From Candidatus Latescibacterota bacterium (GTDB lineage Bacteria > Krumholzibacteriota > Krumholzibacteriia > WVZY01), in assembly GCA_963791045.1 (NCBI GenBank), contig CAWBQK010000001.1:166250-230249 (forward strand): 64,000 nt of DNA, written 5' to 3'. Below are positions 47,966-57,680 of the stretch, in pieces; position 1 is the stretch's first letter; each line of letters begins with the position of its first letter. The translations under genes and the position numbers were made by a program. A model generated the notes under the pieces. The model saw nothing but the letters and a program-made list of their open reading frames with translations, was not told where the DNA came from and did no database searches.

Positions 47966-49072
47966 ATGATAAAGATAAAACAAACAGGGATTTTTGTCTT
48001 CTTGCTGGTTGCCGGCGCCGCGTGCTCGCGGAACACTCCCGAAACGCAGATCGTCCATACATTGGGCGGCAACCCGCGGCACACCAACGTCTACCAATCA
48101 GAGCCTGTTATTGAACCACCACAACCGGCCTGGATCTTTTCCGCGGAAAGCAAAACAACGGGGGTGCCGCTCATCGCGGGCAACGTCGTATACGCATCAA
48201 CATCTTCAGGCGTGCTCCACGCGCTCGACGTCGAAACAGGGGCAGAGCTTTGGCGCTTCGACGCCGGCAAAAAACTCTACAACGGACCAACCGTCACCGG
48301 TGGCGTGGCATACCTCGGTTGCAGCAACGGAAACGTCTATGCTCTCGACGCCGCGACGGGACAGAAAATCTGGACGTATGAAACTGGGGGCGGAATTTGC
48401 AAACCGCCGGCAATACTGAACGGACTCGCCTACGCGGGCAGCCACGACAAGCTCCTTCACATCATCGACATAAGAACCGGTGAGGCGGTAAAAACGATCG
48501 AAGAGGAATTCGATCTCTGCTGCTGTCCAACCGTCGCCGGAAACACAATCTACTACCCCGACTGGGGCGGGAATCTATTCGCCCTGGATCCTTCCGCCCT
48601 GACCCGCGAGGAAATATTTTCGACAAACAGAGAGTGCAAATGGTTTACCGCTCCGACAGTCGTAGATGACATCGCGTATTTTGTCGACTTCGACAGCGTC
48701 CTCTATGCCGTCGACATCGACGCACGCCGAACTCTCTGGGAGTTCGCCGCGGACGGCCCCATCAGCCGAGCCCCCGCCGTCGACGGACGGGTTGCGTGTT
48801 TCTCGACGAGCGAGAGTCATTTCTACGCGCTCGACGCCGCGACCGGAGACAAAATGTGGGACGTCGAGGCCGAGGGAACCGTGTACGGCCACCCAGCGAT
48901 CACGGGAGGGGTCGTCTATTTTGGCGGCGGCAATCGCCACCTATACGCATTTGAAATCCAGACCGGCCGTGAACTGTGGCGGTTCGAAGCCGAAGACGCG
49001 GTGGGCACACCCGTCCCACACGCGGGCGTGATTCTTTTTTGCAGCGGAAAAAGCGTCTATGCGGTCGAATGA
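47966..49072 (+). CDS. PQQ-type (BamB-like) beta-propeller lipoprotein
   Basis: Lipobox AAC; about eight repeats of the LYALDAxTGxxxW type. Confidence 0.88.
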   Translation: MIKIKQTGIFVFLLVAGAACSRNTPETQIVHTLGGNPRHTNVYQSEPVIEPPQPAWIFSAESKTTGVPLIAGNVVYASTSSGVLHALDVETGAELWRFDAGKKLYNGPTVTGGVAYLGCSNGNVYALDAATGQKIWTYETGGGICKPPAILNGLAYAGSHDKLLHIIDIRTGEAVKTIEEEFDLCCCPTVAGNTIYYPDWGGNLFALDPSALTREEIFSTNRECKWFTAPTVVDDIAYFVDFDSVLYAVDIDARRTLWEFAADGPISRAPAVDGRVACFSTSESHFYALDAATGDKMWDVEAEGTVYGHPAITGGVVYFGGGNRHLYAFEIQTGRELWRFEAEDAVGTPVPHAGVILFCSGKSVYAVE

Positions 49073-49097
49073 CACCTCAAACAGGAGGATATTCCTC

Positions 49098-50198
49098 ATG
49101 CGGAATATGCGATCGAACCTGTGGGTGCTTTTTGTTTTCCTGGCCGCCGGGACACTCTTGCCCGGTAGCGCCGAGGCCGCGGAACCGGTCTTTTACAATG
49201 GCGGGCCGAAACACACCGGTGTCTACGATTCAGATCCAATCTCAAACCCGCCCCATCTTAAATGGACCTACGCGACCGTGGGCGCCGTGACGTCTCCCCC
49301 GCTCGCTCATGAAGGCATCGTCTACTTCGGCGACTGGAAGGGATACTTTTACGCGGTCGATTCCGCCACGGGCAAAGAGATCTGGAAACGCGAAGCCGGC
49401 GAGGCCGTCGCCGGACCGCCGAGTATCGTTGACGGAAACGTGCTGTGGGGTTCGCGCACCGGCAGTTTTTACTCACTCGACGCAAAAACCGGCGATGAAA
49501 ACTTCACGTACGCCGCGGGCGGAGCCGTGTGCTTCCCCCCGTTCGTTCACGAAGGCAGAGCCTACTTCGGCACCCATGACAAACATCTCTACTGTGTCGA
49601 CGTCCAAAACGGCACCGAGGTTTTTAAGGTCGAAATGGAAAACGGAATGTGCTGCAGTCCATCGTATGCAAACGACGAGATTTATGTGAGCGATTGGGAC
49701 GGGCATGTATACGCGATCGATATCGATACAGGCAAGGAGCGTTGGCGCTTTAAGGCATCGAAGAAAATTTATCATGCCCCGGCAATCGAGGGAAATCTCG
49801 GGTACGTCGGAAGTTACGACAGCACTCTGTATGCGATCGATCTCAAAACGGGAAAAGAAGCCTGGCGTTTCAAGGCCGACGACGTGATCAGCCTGGAACC
49901 CGCCGTGGATGGGGACGTGCTGTATTTCAACACACAGCAGAGTCACTACTATTCGCTCGACGCCGCAACCGGCAAGTTGATCTGGGACCTCAAAAAAAGC
50001 GGCAAGGTGTATGCGAAACCCGCCGTGGCCCGGGATGTCGTGTACGTCGGGTGCGGCGATCACCACCTCTATGCGCTCGACTCGGAGACCGGCGCAGAAC
50101 TGTGGAGCTATCAAACAGACGACATGGTGTGCAACCCCGTTATCTACGACGGGACCGTTTATTTTGGAAGCGGCTCCAAAGTCTACGCGCTCGAATAA
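49098..50198 (+). CDS. PQQ-type (BamB-like) beta-propeller secreted protein, paralogue of the upstream gene
   Basis: GGAGG RBS; signal peptide; about eight YA(V/I/L)DxxTGxExW repeats. Confidence 0.88.
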   Translation: MRNMRSNLWVLFVFLAAGTLLPGSAEAAEPVFYNGGPKHTGVYDSDPISNPPHLKWTYATVGAVTSPPLAHEGIVYFGDWKGYFYAVDSATGKEIWKREAGEAVAGPPSIVDGNVLWGSRTGSFYSLDAKTGDENFTYAAGGAVCFPPFVHEGRAYFGTHDKHLYCVDVQNGTEVFKVEMENGMCCSPSYANDEIYVSDWDGHVYAIDIDTGKERWRFKASKKIYHAPAIEGNLGYVGSYDSTLYAIDLKTGKEAWRFKADDVISLEPAVDGDVLYFNTQQSHYYSLDAATGKLIWDLKKSGKVYAKPAVARDVVYVGCGDHHLYALDSETGAELWSYQTDDMVCNPVIYDGTVYFGSGSKVYALE

Positions 50199-50291
50199 TC
50201 CGCCCGGTTCATCAACCGGCCATGCGATCCCCTCGAAATTCGGCAACGTATGTGCTAGGCTTTGCATCGGCAGTTGAAATGAGAGGTGTGC

Positions 50292-50720
50292 ATGGACTGG
50301 TACCAGACCGAAATACGCCTGTCCCAAAAACCGCGCGGGTTCCATCTCGTCACGGCGGAGATCGAATCGATGGTGCCTGAAATTGGTCGTTTTGCAACCG
50401 GCCTTGCGCACATCTTCATCCTCCACACTTCCGCGTCACTGACCCTTAACGAGAACGCCGACCCCACCGTTCGCGCCGATATGGAATCACACTTCAACGA
50501 GATGGTCCCTGAGAACGCCCCGTATTTCCGCCACACAATGGAAGGTTCGGACGACATGCCGGCCCATTTGAAATCGTCGATTCTGGGCAGCAGCATCACG
50601 ATTCCGATTACGGCGGGAAGACTGAACCTTGGAACCTGGCAGGGAGTCTACCTGTGCGAACACCGCAACCGCTCGGGCGGCCGGCGGCTCGTGATCACCT
50701 TGACCGGCCAAACGATTTAA
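50292..50720 (+). CDS. yjbQ: YjbQ/UPF0047 family protein
   Basis: RGFHLVT; HTSASLTLNENADPTVRAD; HTMEGSDDMPAHLKSS; LGTWQGVYLCEHR. Confidence 0.93.
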   Translation: MDWYQTEIRLSQKPRGFHLVTAEIESMVPEIGRFATGLAHIFILHTSASLTLNENADPTVRADMESHFNEMVPENAPYFRHTMEGSDDMPAHLKSSILGSSITIPITAGRLNLGTWQGVYLCEHRNRSGGRRLVITLTGQTI

Positions 50721-50769
50721 CTGGAATTGCTTGACGTTCTTTTGGATCGGGCATACCCACTCTCCCGGC

Positions 50770-50833
50770 TTGTGAAATCCGTCACCAACCGAAGTTTTTG
50801 ACTTTTGTCATGTGAATAGTTGACTTATATCAA
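50770..50833. promoter_or_regulatory. CRP/Rex-like box (50770-50787) and FNR-like box (50820-50833)
   Basis: TTGTGAAATCCGTCACCA; TTGAC-TTAT-ATCAA matches TTGAT-N4-ATCAA at 9 of 10 positions. Confidence 0.5.
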
Positions 50834-50841
50834 CCATTATA

Positions 50842-50870
50842 TTGACAATCAGCATGAGTCTTGCTAATTT
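50842..50870 (+). promoter_or_regulatory. sigma70 promoter with no downstream CDS
   Basis: TTGACA-N17-TAATTT with an extended -10 TGc. Confidence 0.65.
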
Positions 50871-50876
50871 TTCATC

Positions 50877-51027
50877 TGACCGAACAGAATTGATTGAAAT
50901 CAGCCGTCATCTCGTGTGGCGGTCGAAGAAGTGGAGTGAGATCGAGTATTTGTTTGAGTAACCGCTTGACCACGGTAGCTCTTGATCTCATCTCCACACA
51001 AGAGGCCCGCTTCGATGCGGGCCTTTT
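50877..51027 (+). ncRNA. Candidate small RNA (about 150 nt), family unknown
   Basis: Own promoter; long stem GTGGAG-TGAGATCGAG / CTTGATCTCA-T-CTCCAC; 3' intrinsic terminator; lies between convergent genes. Confidence 0.55.
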
Positions 51028-51030
51028 GTG
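50997..51030 (+). terminator. Intrinsic terminator (possibly bidirectional)
   Basis: AGGCCCGC-TTCGAT-GCGGGCCT followed by TTT; pairing can extend to CACAAG/TTTGTG. Confidence 0.8.
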
Positions 51031-51057
51031 TATACGTCACCGGCCGTGTTCCGTGGG

Positions 51058-51651
51058 CTAGTCATCCGCCGTCGCCGCGCGCCATTCGTTGGCCGCCTTG
51101 ACGAGGAGTTCGCCCGTCTTCCGTGTCGTCTTGTAACGACCCTGCTCGTCCTGTATCAACATATTGATGTCCGGCCGCTCGGTTTTGAGCCACGAGCGCA
51201 TCAACTCCAACTCCTGCGCATAAGCCTTCAGTTCGGGGGTTGCGCGTCTCGACTCCCTCTGCACAAGAACTCCGTCCGTAAAAATAAAACGGGGGAAATG
51301 ATGAAACTCGGTGAAACCCATTATCGACGCGAGATCGTTTCGCTCTATCATATCGACATCCACCGTGTCGCCTCGCACGACGATATTCTTGAATTCGAAT
51401 GTCGCATTCACACCCGCTTCGAATTCGATGGGCGCGAGAAACTTCTCCCTCCCCGTCGCTCTTGCCCGGCCACGAACAACGACGACATCCGGATGGGTCA
51501 TCTTCGTGAGCGTCTCCATATCGTGGGCCTCCATCGCCCGCAGATATTTCTCCGCCGTCTTCTCCACTCCGGATGACGAATCCTGTCCGCACGCGAAGAC
51601 GATGAGGGAAGTTCCCACGATGGCAACCAACAGTAACAGTCTCTTCTTCAT
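51058..51651 (-). CDS. NTF2/SnoaL-like lipoprotein
   Basis: Lipobox VFAC; YLRAMEAHD...HPDVVV...GRE...IVVRGDTV. Confidence 0.75.
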   Translation of the reverse strand: MKKRLLLLVAIVGTSLIVFACGQDSSSGVEKTAEKYLRAMEAHDMETLTKMTHPDVVVVRGRARATGREKFLAPIEFEAGVNATFEFKNIVVRGDTVDVDMIERNDLASIMGFTEFHHFPRFIFTDGVLVQRESRRATPELKAYAQELELMRSWLKTERPDINMLIQDEQGRYKTTRKTGELLVKAANEWRAATADD

Positions 51652-51845
51652 GATTTCTCCCTGGACGAACGACAAACGCACACTCGGCCGCGTGATCCGC
51701 ACACAGGGCATGCGAGCAGCCTCTCAATAAGGATATAAAAAATCAAAAATGGAGTCGAGTGTGATCCCGACGACCATGTTTAGCACATTGTGCCGGGGGT
51801 GATGGTTTTATATATTGTCTCCGTAGGCACACCAGCACCAATAAC

Positions 51846-54370
51846 ATGTCCAACCACAAAGGGGACAATGGCTTGAGGCTTTTCTGGATCGGAATCATCC
51901 TTGTCGCCTTAATCGCGGGCACCGTATTATCGGGCTCGGATGAGCGATCGCTGGTCCTGGTTCCTTCAAAAGGGGCGGGAACCGCCCGGGAACTCCTCGG
52001 CGCCGGGGCCATGGTGGTCCGCGAAGTGGGCCCCTATCTTCTCGCCATAGCCGATGATTCAGCCCGCGGCGCCCTACGGGACAAAGGAATCGCCTTTGAA
52101 ATCCTCGACGGAGATATCGAAGGACACACCTATTTCACCGCCGATATTCGAAACGAACGCCTCGCGCAAATCGCCGACACGCGGGTCGACATTCTGAAAC
52201 GCCACGGCCGGGCCATTGTTTTTAAAGCGTCCCCCGAGATTGCCGAAACTCTTGCCGCCGAAGGAATCGAAATCGCTCGTGTGTTCATGAGCCCGATGCG
52301 GTTGATCCCTGAAATTAGACCCATACCACCCGCCGTCCCCACACAGATAAATCCGGCCATCGCGGAAATGGTCGACTCCGTTTCGATCGACCGAATCAAT
52401 ACGCGTGTCCAACGTCTCCAGGATTTTGGTACACGCTACTCGTCCCACGACAGCTGTCTCGCCGCGGCAAACTGGATCAAACTTCAATTCGAATCCGCGG
52501 GAATCGATAGTGTGTTTTTCCACAAGTGGGCGCAGCGGTACCATCCCAACGTGGTGGCCGTGATTCCCGGATCGGCAAACCCGGACAAGATCGTGATCAT
52601 CGGCGGACACTACGACTCGGTCACATCGAACACCGATATTTGCCCGGGAGCCGATGACAACGCATCGGGGACGGCGTGCATTCTCGAGTGCGCAGGCGTA
52701 CTCGCCGGGTATGATTTCGACTATACGATTGTGTTCATCGCATTCTGCGCCGAAGAACAAGGTCTTATCGGGAGCGAGGCCTGGGCGTCGGAAGCGGCCG
52801 CACGCGGCGACGACATCGTCGGAATGATCGCCGTGGACATGATCGGGTACGTGGCATCGAACGACCAGGTCGATCTCGACATCATCGACAACGCAAGCTC
52901 GACCTGGCTTCGCGAACGCGCGATGGCCGTGGGCGGGCTTTACGTGCCGCAACTCTCCGTGGTCCACGGCACCCTCACCGGCGGTTCGAGTGATCATGCG
53001 TCGTTCTGGCGGAACGGTTTCGACGCTATCATGTTTTTCGAGGACAGCGATCAGTACAGCCCGTACATCCACACCGCCAACGACATCGTCGGCTACAGTT
53101 ACATCAACCACGAACTTGCCGAACGATCCGTAAAACTCGCCGCGGCGCTTACCGCCGATCTGGCGCGGCCGCTCGGAGTGGCCATCAACCACACACCCAT
53201 CGCCCATACCACAGACGAGACAAACCCGCACCTGGTGTCGGCCAGCCTCGTTTCGGTGGCGCCGTTGAATCCCGATTCACTGTTCGTACGTTACACGACG
53301 GGCACGCAGTGGCAAACGGCGGCGCTCTCCCCCACCGGCGGCCCGGACGCCTACGAAGTCTATATCCCCGCGCAACCGGGCGGGACGGTCATTGACTATT
53401 ATATAGTCGCCGAAGACTTGAACGGTGTGCGTGCCGCGCACCCGGACGACGCCCCGGACAACAATCACACATTCGCCATCGGCACACAGACTCTTATCGC
53501 AACCGATCAATTCGAAATCGAAAGCGGCTGGACGGTGGGCGATGTTGGCGACGACGCGACGGCGGGGTTATGGGAACGCGTCGACCCCAATGCGACTTTC
53601 TTGGCCATATTATTGAAGTCCAACCCGAGGACGATCACACGCCGGATCCCGGCGCGATCTGCTTTGTTACCGGACAGAGCGACTCCGGCGCAACCCAGCA
53701 GGCGAACGATGTCGACAACGGCGCGACGACGCTTTTTAGTCCCATATTTGATTTGTCGTCTTACCCGAACGCATGGGTGAGCTACCACCGCTGGTATACA
53801 AACGACACCGGTGGAAGCCCCGGACTCGATTACTGGGTCGTGGACGTGTCACCCGACGCGGGCGCGTCGTGGGTAAATCTCGAGTGGACCAACATCACTG
53901 ACAGGAGCTGGCGCCGCGTCGAACACAATCTCCTCGACCACGTGCCTCTGACATCGACCATGATGTTCCGTTTTGTCGCGAGCGACGAGGGCGATGGCTC
54001 GGTCGTCGAAGCGGGGGTCGATGATTTTGAAATCACAACCTACCTCGGATCCGGTTCATCGGGGATTCCCGGAGACACGCCCCTGGCGGGCGCGGTCCGG
54101 CTCGATCAGAATTTTCCCAACCCGTTCAACCCCGAAACCACTATCAGGTTCAACATCCCGGCGCCGGGCGGTGACGTGACCCTGCGTATATACGATGTCC
54201 GTGGACGACTGATTACTCGTCTCGTCGACGCCAGGAATATCGTCGGGGAAAGAACCGTTCGCTGGGATGGGAAAGACGGCCGGGGCAACGATGTGTCTTC
54301 GGGTGTCTATTTCTACCGGCTCCAAACGGGCGATCAGTTCTTCTCGAGGAAACTCATCCTTCTCCGGTAA
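51846..54370 (+). pseudogene. M28 family aminopeptidase with FlgD/T9SS-like C-terminal domain; split by a 1-nt frameshift near 53603 (probably an assembly error)
   Basis: IIGGHYDS, PGADDNASG, AEEQGLIGS, DMIG, SDHASF, HTAND. ORFs 51846..53780 and 53570..54370 join if one G is added (NATFL/GHIIEVQPEDDHTPDPG). C-terminal QNFPNPFNPETTIRF...WDGKD...SGVYFY. Confidence 0.87.
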
Positions 54371-54386
54371 CTCTCACCGGCCCCGA

Positions 54387-55292
54387 TCAGAACCATACCC
54401 CGAACAAAAGCGCAATCCCGGCGAGGGCGACGAGGACGCCTGCGAATGCGCGGAGCGACACCTTTTCTCCCATCCACACGGCGAACGGCAGCACAAACAG
54501 CGGACTCGTGGAAATCAGCGTTTGCGCGATTCCCGTTTCGGTGAACTTGAACGATGTTTGCTGGAGCCAGATGGCGAGATACGTGCCGATGAAGGTGGCG
54601 AAGAAAATCATCCGCCACATGTCCCGCTTCTTGTGGATCGTAAATCGGTCCGCCGCCGGCCGAATCGCCACGATCCACACGAGAAGCATCACTACCCCCG
54701 CGGACAGGCGAATCAATGCCGCCATGAGCGGACTCACCGACGTGTGCATAAACGCAGCACGCGAGAGCACGGCGCCGAGGGCCTGCGCGAGGGCCGCAAT
54801 AAGCCCCATGCCGATTCCCCTCATCAATCTCGATTGCGTTCCGTCCTTCCCTGCGTAACGTTCCGTGATGACCCAGGCCACCCCGCCGACGGTCAACGCG
54901 ATGCCCACCCACGCCATCGGCCCAATCGCTTCGCCGATAAAAAACCAGGCGATTAAACCGGCAAGCGGGGGAGAAAGCATCAGAATGAGAAGGGCCCTGC
55001 GCGGACCGAGGCCGTTCAACGATTCGAAATAAGCGGTATCCCCGAGACCGATGCCGATGATTCCGCTGACGGCGAGAAGACCGAGGGCGAGCGGGTCGAC
55101 CGCCGTCATCAGGTTGCCGCCAATGAGCAGCGTAATCACAATCAGCATGACGGCGATGACGCCTTTTACCAGATTGAGTTCGAGCGGCGCGATACGCTTT
55201 CCCGCGCGGCTGAACATCACCGTTGCTACGGCCCAGAAAAGCGCCGCCACAAGCGCAGAGGTTTCGCCTTTTACGTTCTCGAACCAATCCAT
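54387..55292 (-). CDS. DMT/EamA family transporter
   Basis: About ten transmembrane helices; SGIIGIGLGDTAYF; STSPLFVLP; GEKVS. Confidence 0.9.
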   Translation of the reverse strand: MDWFENVKGETSALVAALFWAVATVMFSRAGKRIAPLELNLVKGVIAVMLIVITLLIGGNLMTAVDPLALGLLAVSGIIGIGLGDTAYFESLNGLGPRRALLILMLSPPLAGLIAWFFIGEAIGPMAWVGIALTVGGVAWVITERYAGKDGTQSRLMRGIGMGLIAALAQALGAVLSRAAFMHTSVSPLMAALIRLSAGVVMLLVWIVAIRPAADRFTIHKKRDMWRMIFFATFIGTYLAIWLQQTSFKFTETGIAQTLISTSPLFVLPFAVWMGEKVSLRAFAGVLVALAGIALLFGVWF

Positions 55293-55318
55293 AAAATTAT
55301 CCGTCCCTGCGGCGGCGA

Positions 55319-56623
55319 TTAGAAAGAACCGTATATTCGTTCGTAGTTCGGGTTGATTTGCCTGACGCGTTCAGAAAATGTCTCGTACTTGTCGGTGTTG
55401 CCGAGCGCTTTTGCAATGAGAGCCGCGTTATAGAGAATTTCCGGCCGGTTTGTGCCCTTGCGCAGGGCAAACGAGACGACGGACCAGGCGAGTTCCGTCA
55501 TTCCATTCTGGTAATACGCGCGCGCCAGGCAGTTGTAACTATTAACGTCTTTTCTGTCGCGCGACTCCTCGGTCGCAAGCGCAAGCGCCTTCTTCGGATC
55601 GATGTCCCACTCGAGCAGAAACCATGCGTAGTCCCGGCGCAAAGCATTCGGATAAAGCGCATAAAGCCGTTCGTAATCTTTGGTCAGCTCCCTCACCAGC
55701 GGCTTCGAACGATGACGCCACCTGCAATCGCGATAAACACGGGCAAGTTCGGTTTTGAGCTTCAAACTCGGCGCGCCAGCCACGTCGATGGCGTCGAGAA
55801 GGCCGCCGTTCTGGCGAGAAGCGTCGATAGAACTTTCAAGCAGAGTCCTCGCCGCGCTAAATTCGCGCGAACACCTGAGCGCCGCCGCCTTCACGACGAG
55901 CGCGTCGACAAATCCGGGCAAGGCGCCGAGCGATGCGTCCGCGGCGTCTAATGATTTCTTCAAATCGCCTCTCGCCAGGCTCATCCGTGCGAGGAGGTCG
56001 TACGCCAGCGCCATATCTCGTCCCGAAATCCCCCGTCCCGACTCGGACGCCGGTGCGCCCCCTGCGCCCGCGGCGGATATCGCCTGTGAAAGCCGTTCCG
56101 CCGCCGAGTCGACATCGCCGATATCAAAGTCGCGCGCGGCAAGCCGCACCCTCGAGTGAAAGCCGTCATCCAATTGCATCATCTGGTTGTAGCTGGAGTC
56201 CGCATTCCTGTATTTGCCGAGCTCCATAAAAGCGTCCCCCAAAAGCTCCCACGACTGCGCGTTCTCGATATCCACAACGATTGACCAGTTCTGAACAAAG
56301 AGTACGTCCGTGAAACGCCCCTCGAAAGCGAGAGCCCTGGACATCAGGTTCAACCCGGGAACGTGCCTGTTGTCGATTTCGAGCGCATGGTAGGCGGCCG
56401 ACTCGGCGAGAACGACATGGCCCAGGTCGCCCGACCGATCGAAAAGCGACAGATACGCCGCGGCGATTTCCATGCGCGCGTCGATTGACTTCGGATTCGC
56501 CTCCACACTCTCGGCCAGGCGTTCAATCTCAGCGCTGGTTTCCGATCCCGCGGCGAGGGCCGATGCGACGAGAACCGCTACCGCGACTACACAAAGAATA
56601 AGTTTGTTCAAGATCGTTCCCAT
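55319..56623 (-). CDS. Secreted tetratricopeptide-repeat protein
   Basis: Signal peptide; TPR-like helices (WELLGDAFMELGKY, LARAYYQNG, ILYNAALI). Confidence 0.75.
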   Translation of the reverse strand: MGTILNKLILCVVAVAVLVASALAAGSETSAEIERLAESVEANPKSIDARMEIAAAYLSLFDRSGDLGHVVLAESAAYHALEIDNRHVPGLNLMSRALAFEGRFTDVLFVQNWSIVVDIENAQSWELLGDAFMELGKYRNADSSYNQMMQLDDGFHSRVRLAARDFDIGDVDSAAERLSQAISAAGAGGAPASESGRGISGRDMALAYDLLARMSLARGDLKKSLDAADASLGALPGFVDALVVKAAALRCSREFSAARTLLESSIDASRQNGGLLDAIDVAGAPSLKLKTELARVYRDCRWRHRSKPLVRELTKDYERLYALYPNALRRDYAWFLLEWDIDPKKALALATEESRDRKDVNSYNCLARAYYQNGMTELAWSVVSFALRKGTNRPEILYNAALIAKALGNTDKYETFSERVRQINPNYERIYGSF

Positions 56624-56629
56624 CCGTGA

Positions 56630-57524
56630 CTATTTTCGTTTTCGGCTTCCGCCGAGATAAATTGCAACAAGCGCGAGAACGGCGCCGGCGATATGGGTGA
56701 TGTCCGTCGCCCTCGAAAAGAAAAGTATATCCCATACAAACGCCAGGGTCGGTTGGAGAAGAAGGATGAGACCGGCCCGCGACGCCTCGACCATTACAAG
56801 CGCCCGGCTGATGATGATCCACCCTATCGCCTGGCACACGATGCCGTATGCGAGCATCGATGCCCAGCTCTGAGAGTCGGGTATGCGAAAACTCTCGCCC
56901 TGGAGGGCGCCCTCGACACCCATTATAAGCGCCGACACCACCGAAATCACGCAAAGGTTGGCCGTCGCGGACAACCGTTGGAGCCGTGACTGCGACCTCT
57001 GCAGTACGAGGACGTAAGCCGCGTAAAGAACCGCCGTCCCGAGCCCGAAGAACAATCCCCGTCTTGTAGTCGGCGCTCAGTCCGCTCCAGTCGAAACCAA
57101 CGAGGAGAACAAGACCGGTTACGGCGACGGGGATCGCGGCCAGATACCGCCAGTCAACTTTCTCGCGAAAGACAATAATTCCAAACGCGGCGAGAAAGAA
57201 CACCTGAAAGTTGCCCATGATCGTGGAGAGACCGGGCCCAACATAGTGAATCGAGCGATGCCATAAGCTCAAGTCGGTCGCGAACAGCACCCCGCAAACC
57301 ACGGCCAGCGCGAACGGCTTCCACCCGGCCCACAACTTCTCCCCCCGCCAGATCGCGATCGCCAGGAGGAACACGCCGCCAAACAGATTCCTGTAGAACC
57401 CCGCCATCGTCGGCCCCACATTGGCGAGTTTTACAAAAACCGGCGAAAAACTGATCATCGCCGCGCCGGCGAGAAGCAGGAGAATGCCCGTCCGGAGATC
57501 ACCTATTCTATGGTTTGAGGAAAT
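56630..57524 (-). pseudogene. DMT/EamA family transporter; 1-nt frameshift at 57057-57060 (probably an assembly error); start codon uncertain
   Basis: ORFs 56529..57458 and 56630..57055 join if one G is removed from GGGG (DYKTG/LFFGLGTAVLY). Motifs ISFSPVFVK, FATDLSLWHRSI, LLLQP. The first transmembrane helix extends upstream of ATG 57458. Confidence 0.8.
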
Positions 57525-57680
57525 GATCGAGCCTCGTGTGTGGTGTCAAACGGCGTGAGTGTGTACCTGGGACACTGAATGTTAAGTGATTGCAACACTT
57601 TCCGCAAGTAAACAAAACTTGTTGCCTCCCGCCCGATTCCGTATACTCGGTCTGACTCCGGTTTTGCGAAAGGAGAACTG

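Noticed and set aside
47966-50198. Calling the propellers BamB or PQQ dehydrogenases
   Set aside because: No bam/der/yfgM context, and they are too short and regular for quinoprotein dehydrogenases.
50854-50961. 35-codon ORF MSLANFSSDRTELIEISRHLVWRSKKWSEIEYLFE
   Set aside because: Its ATG lies inside the promoter spacer and has no RBS; the sRNA reading is preferred, though a small peptide is not fully excluded.
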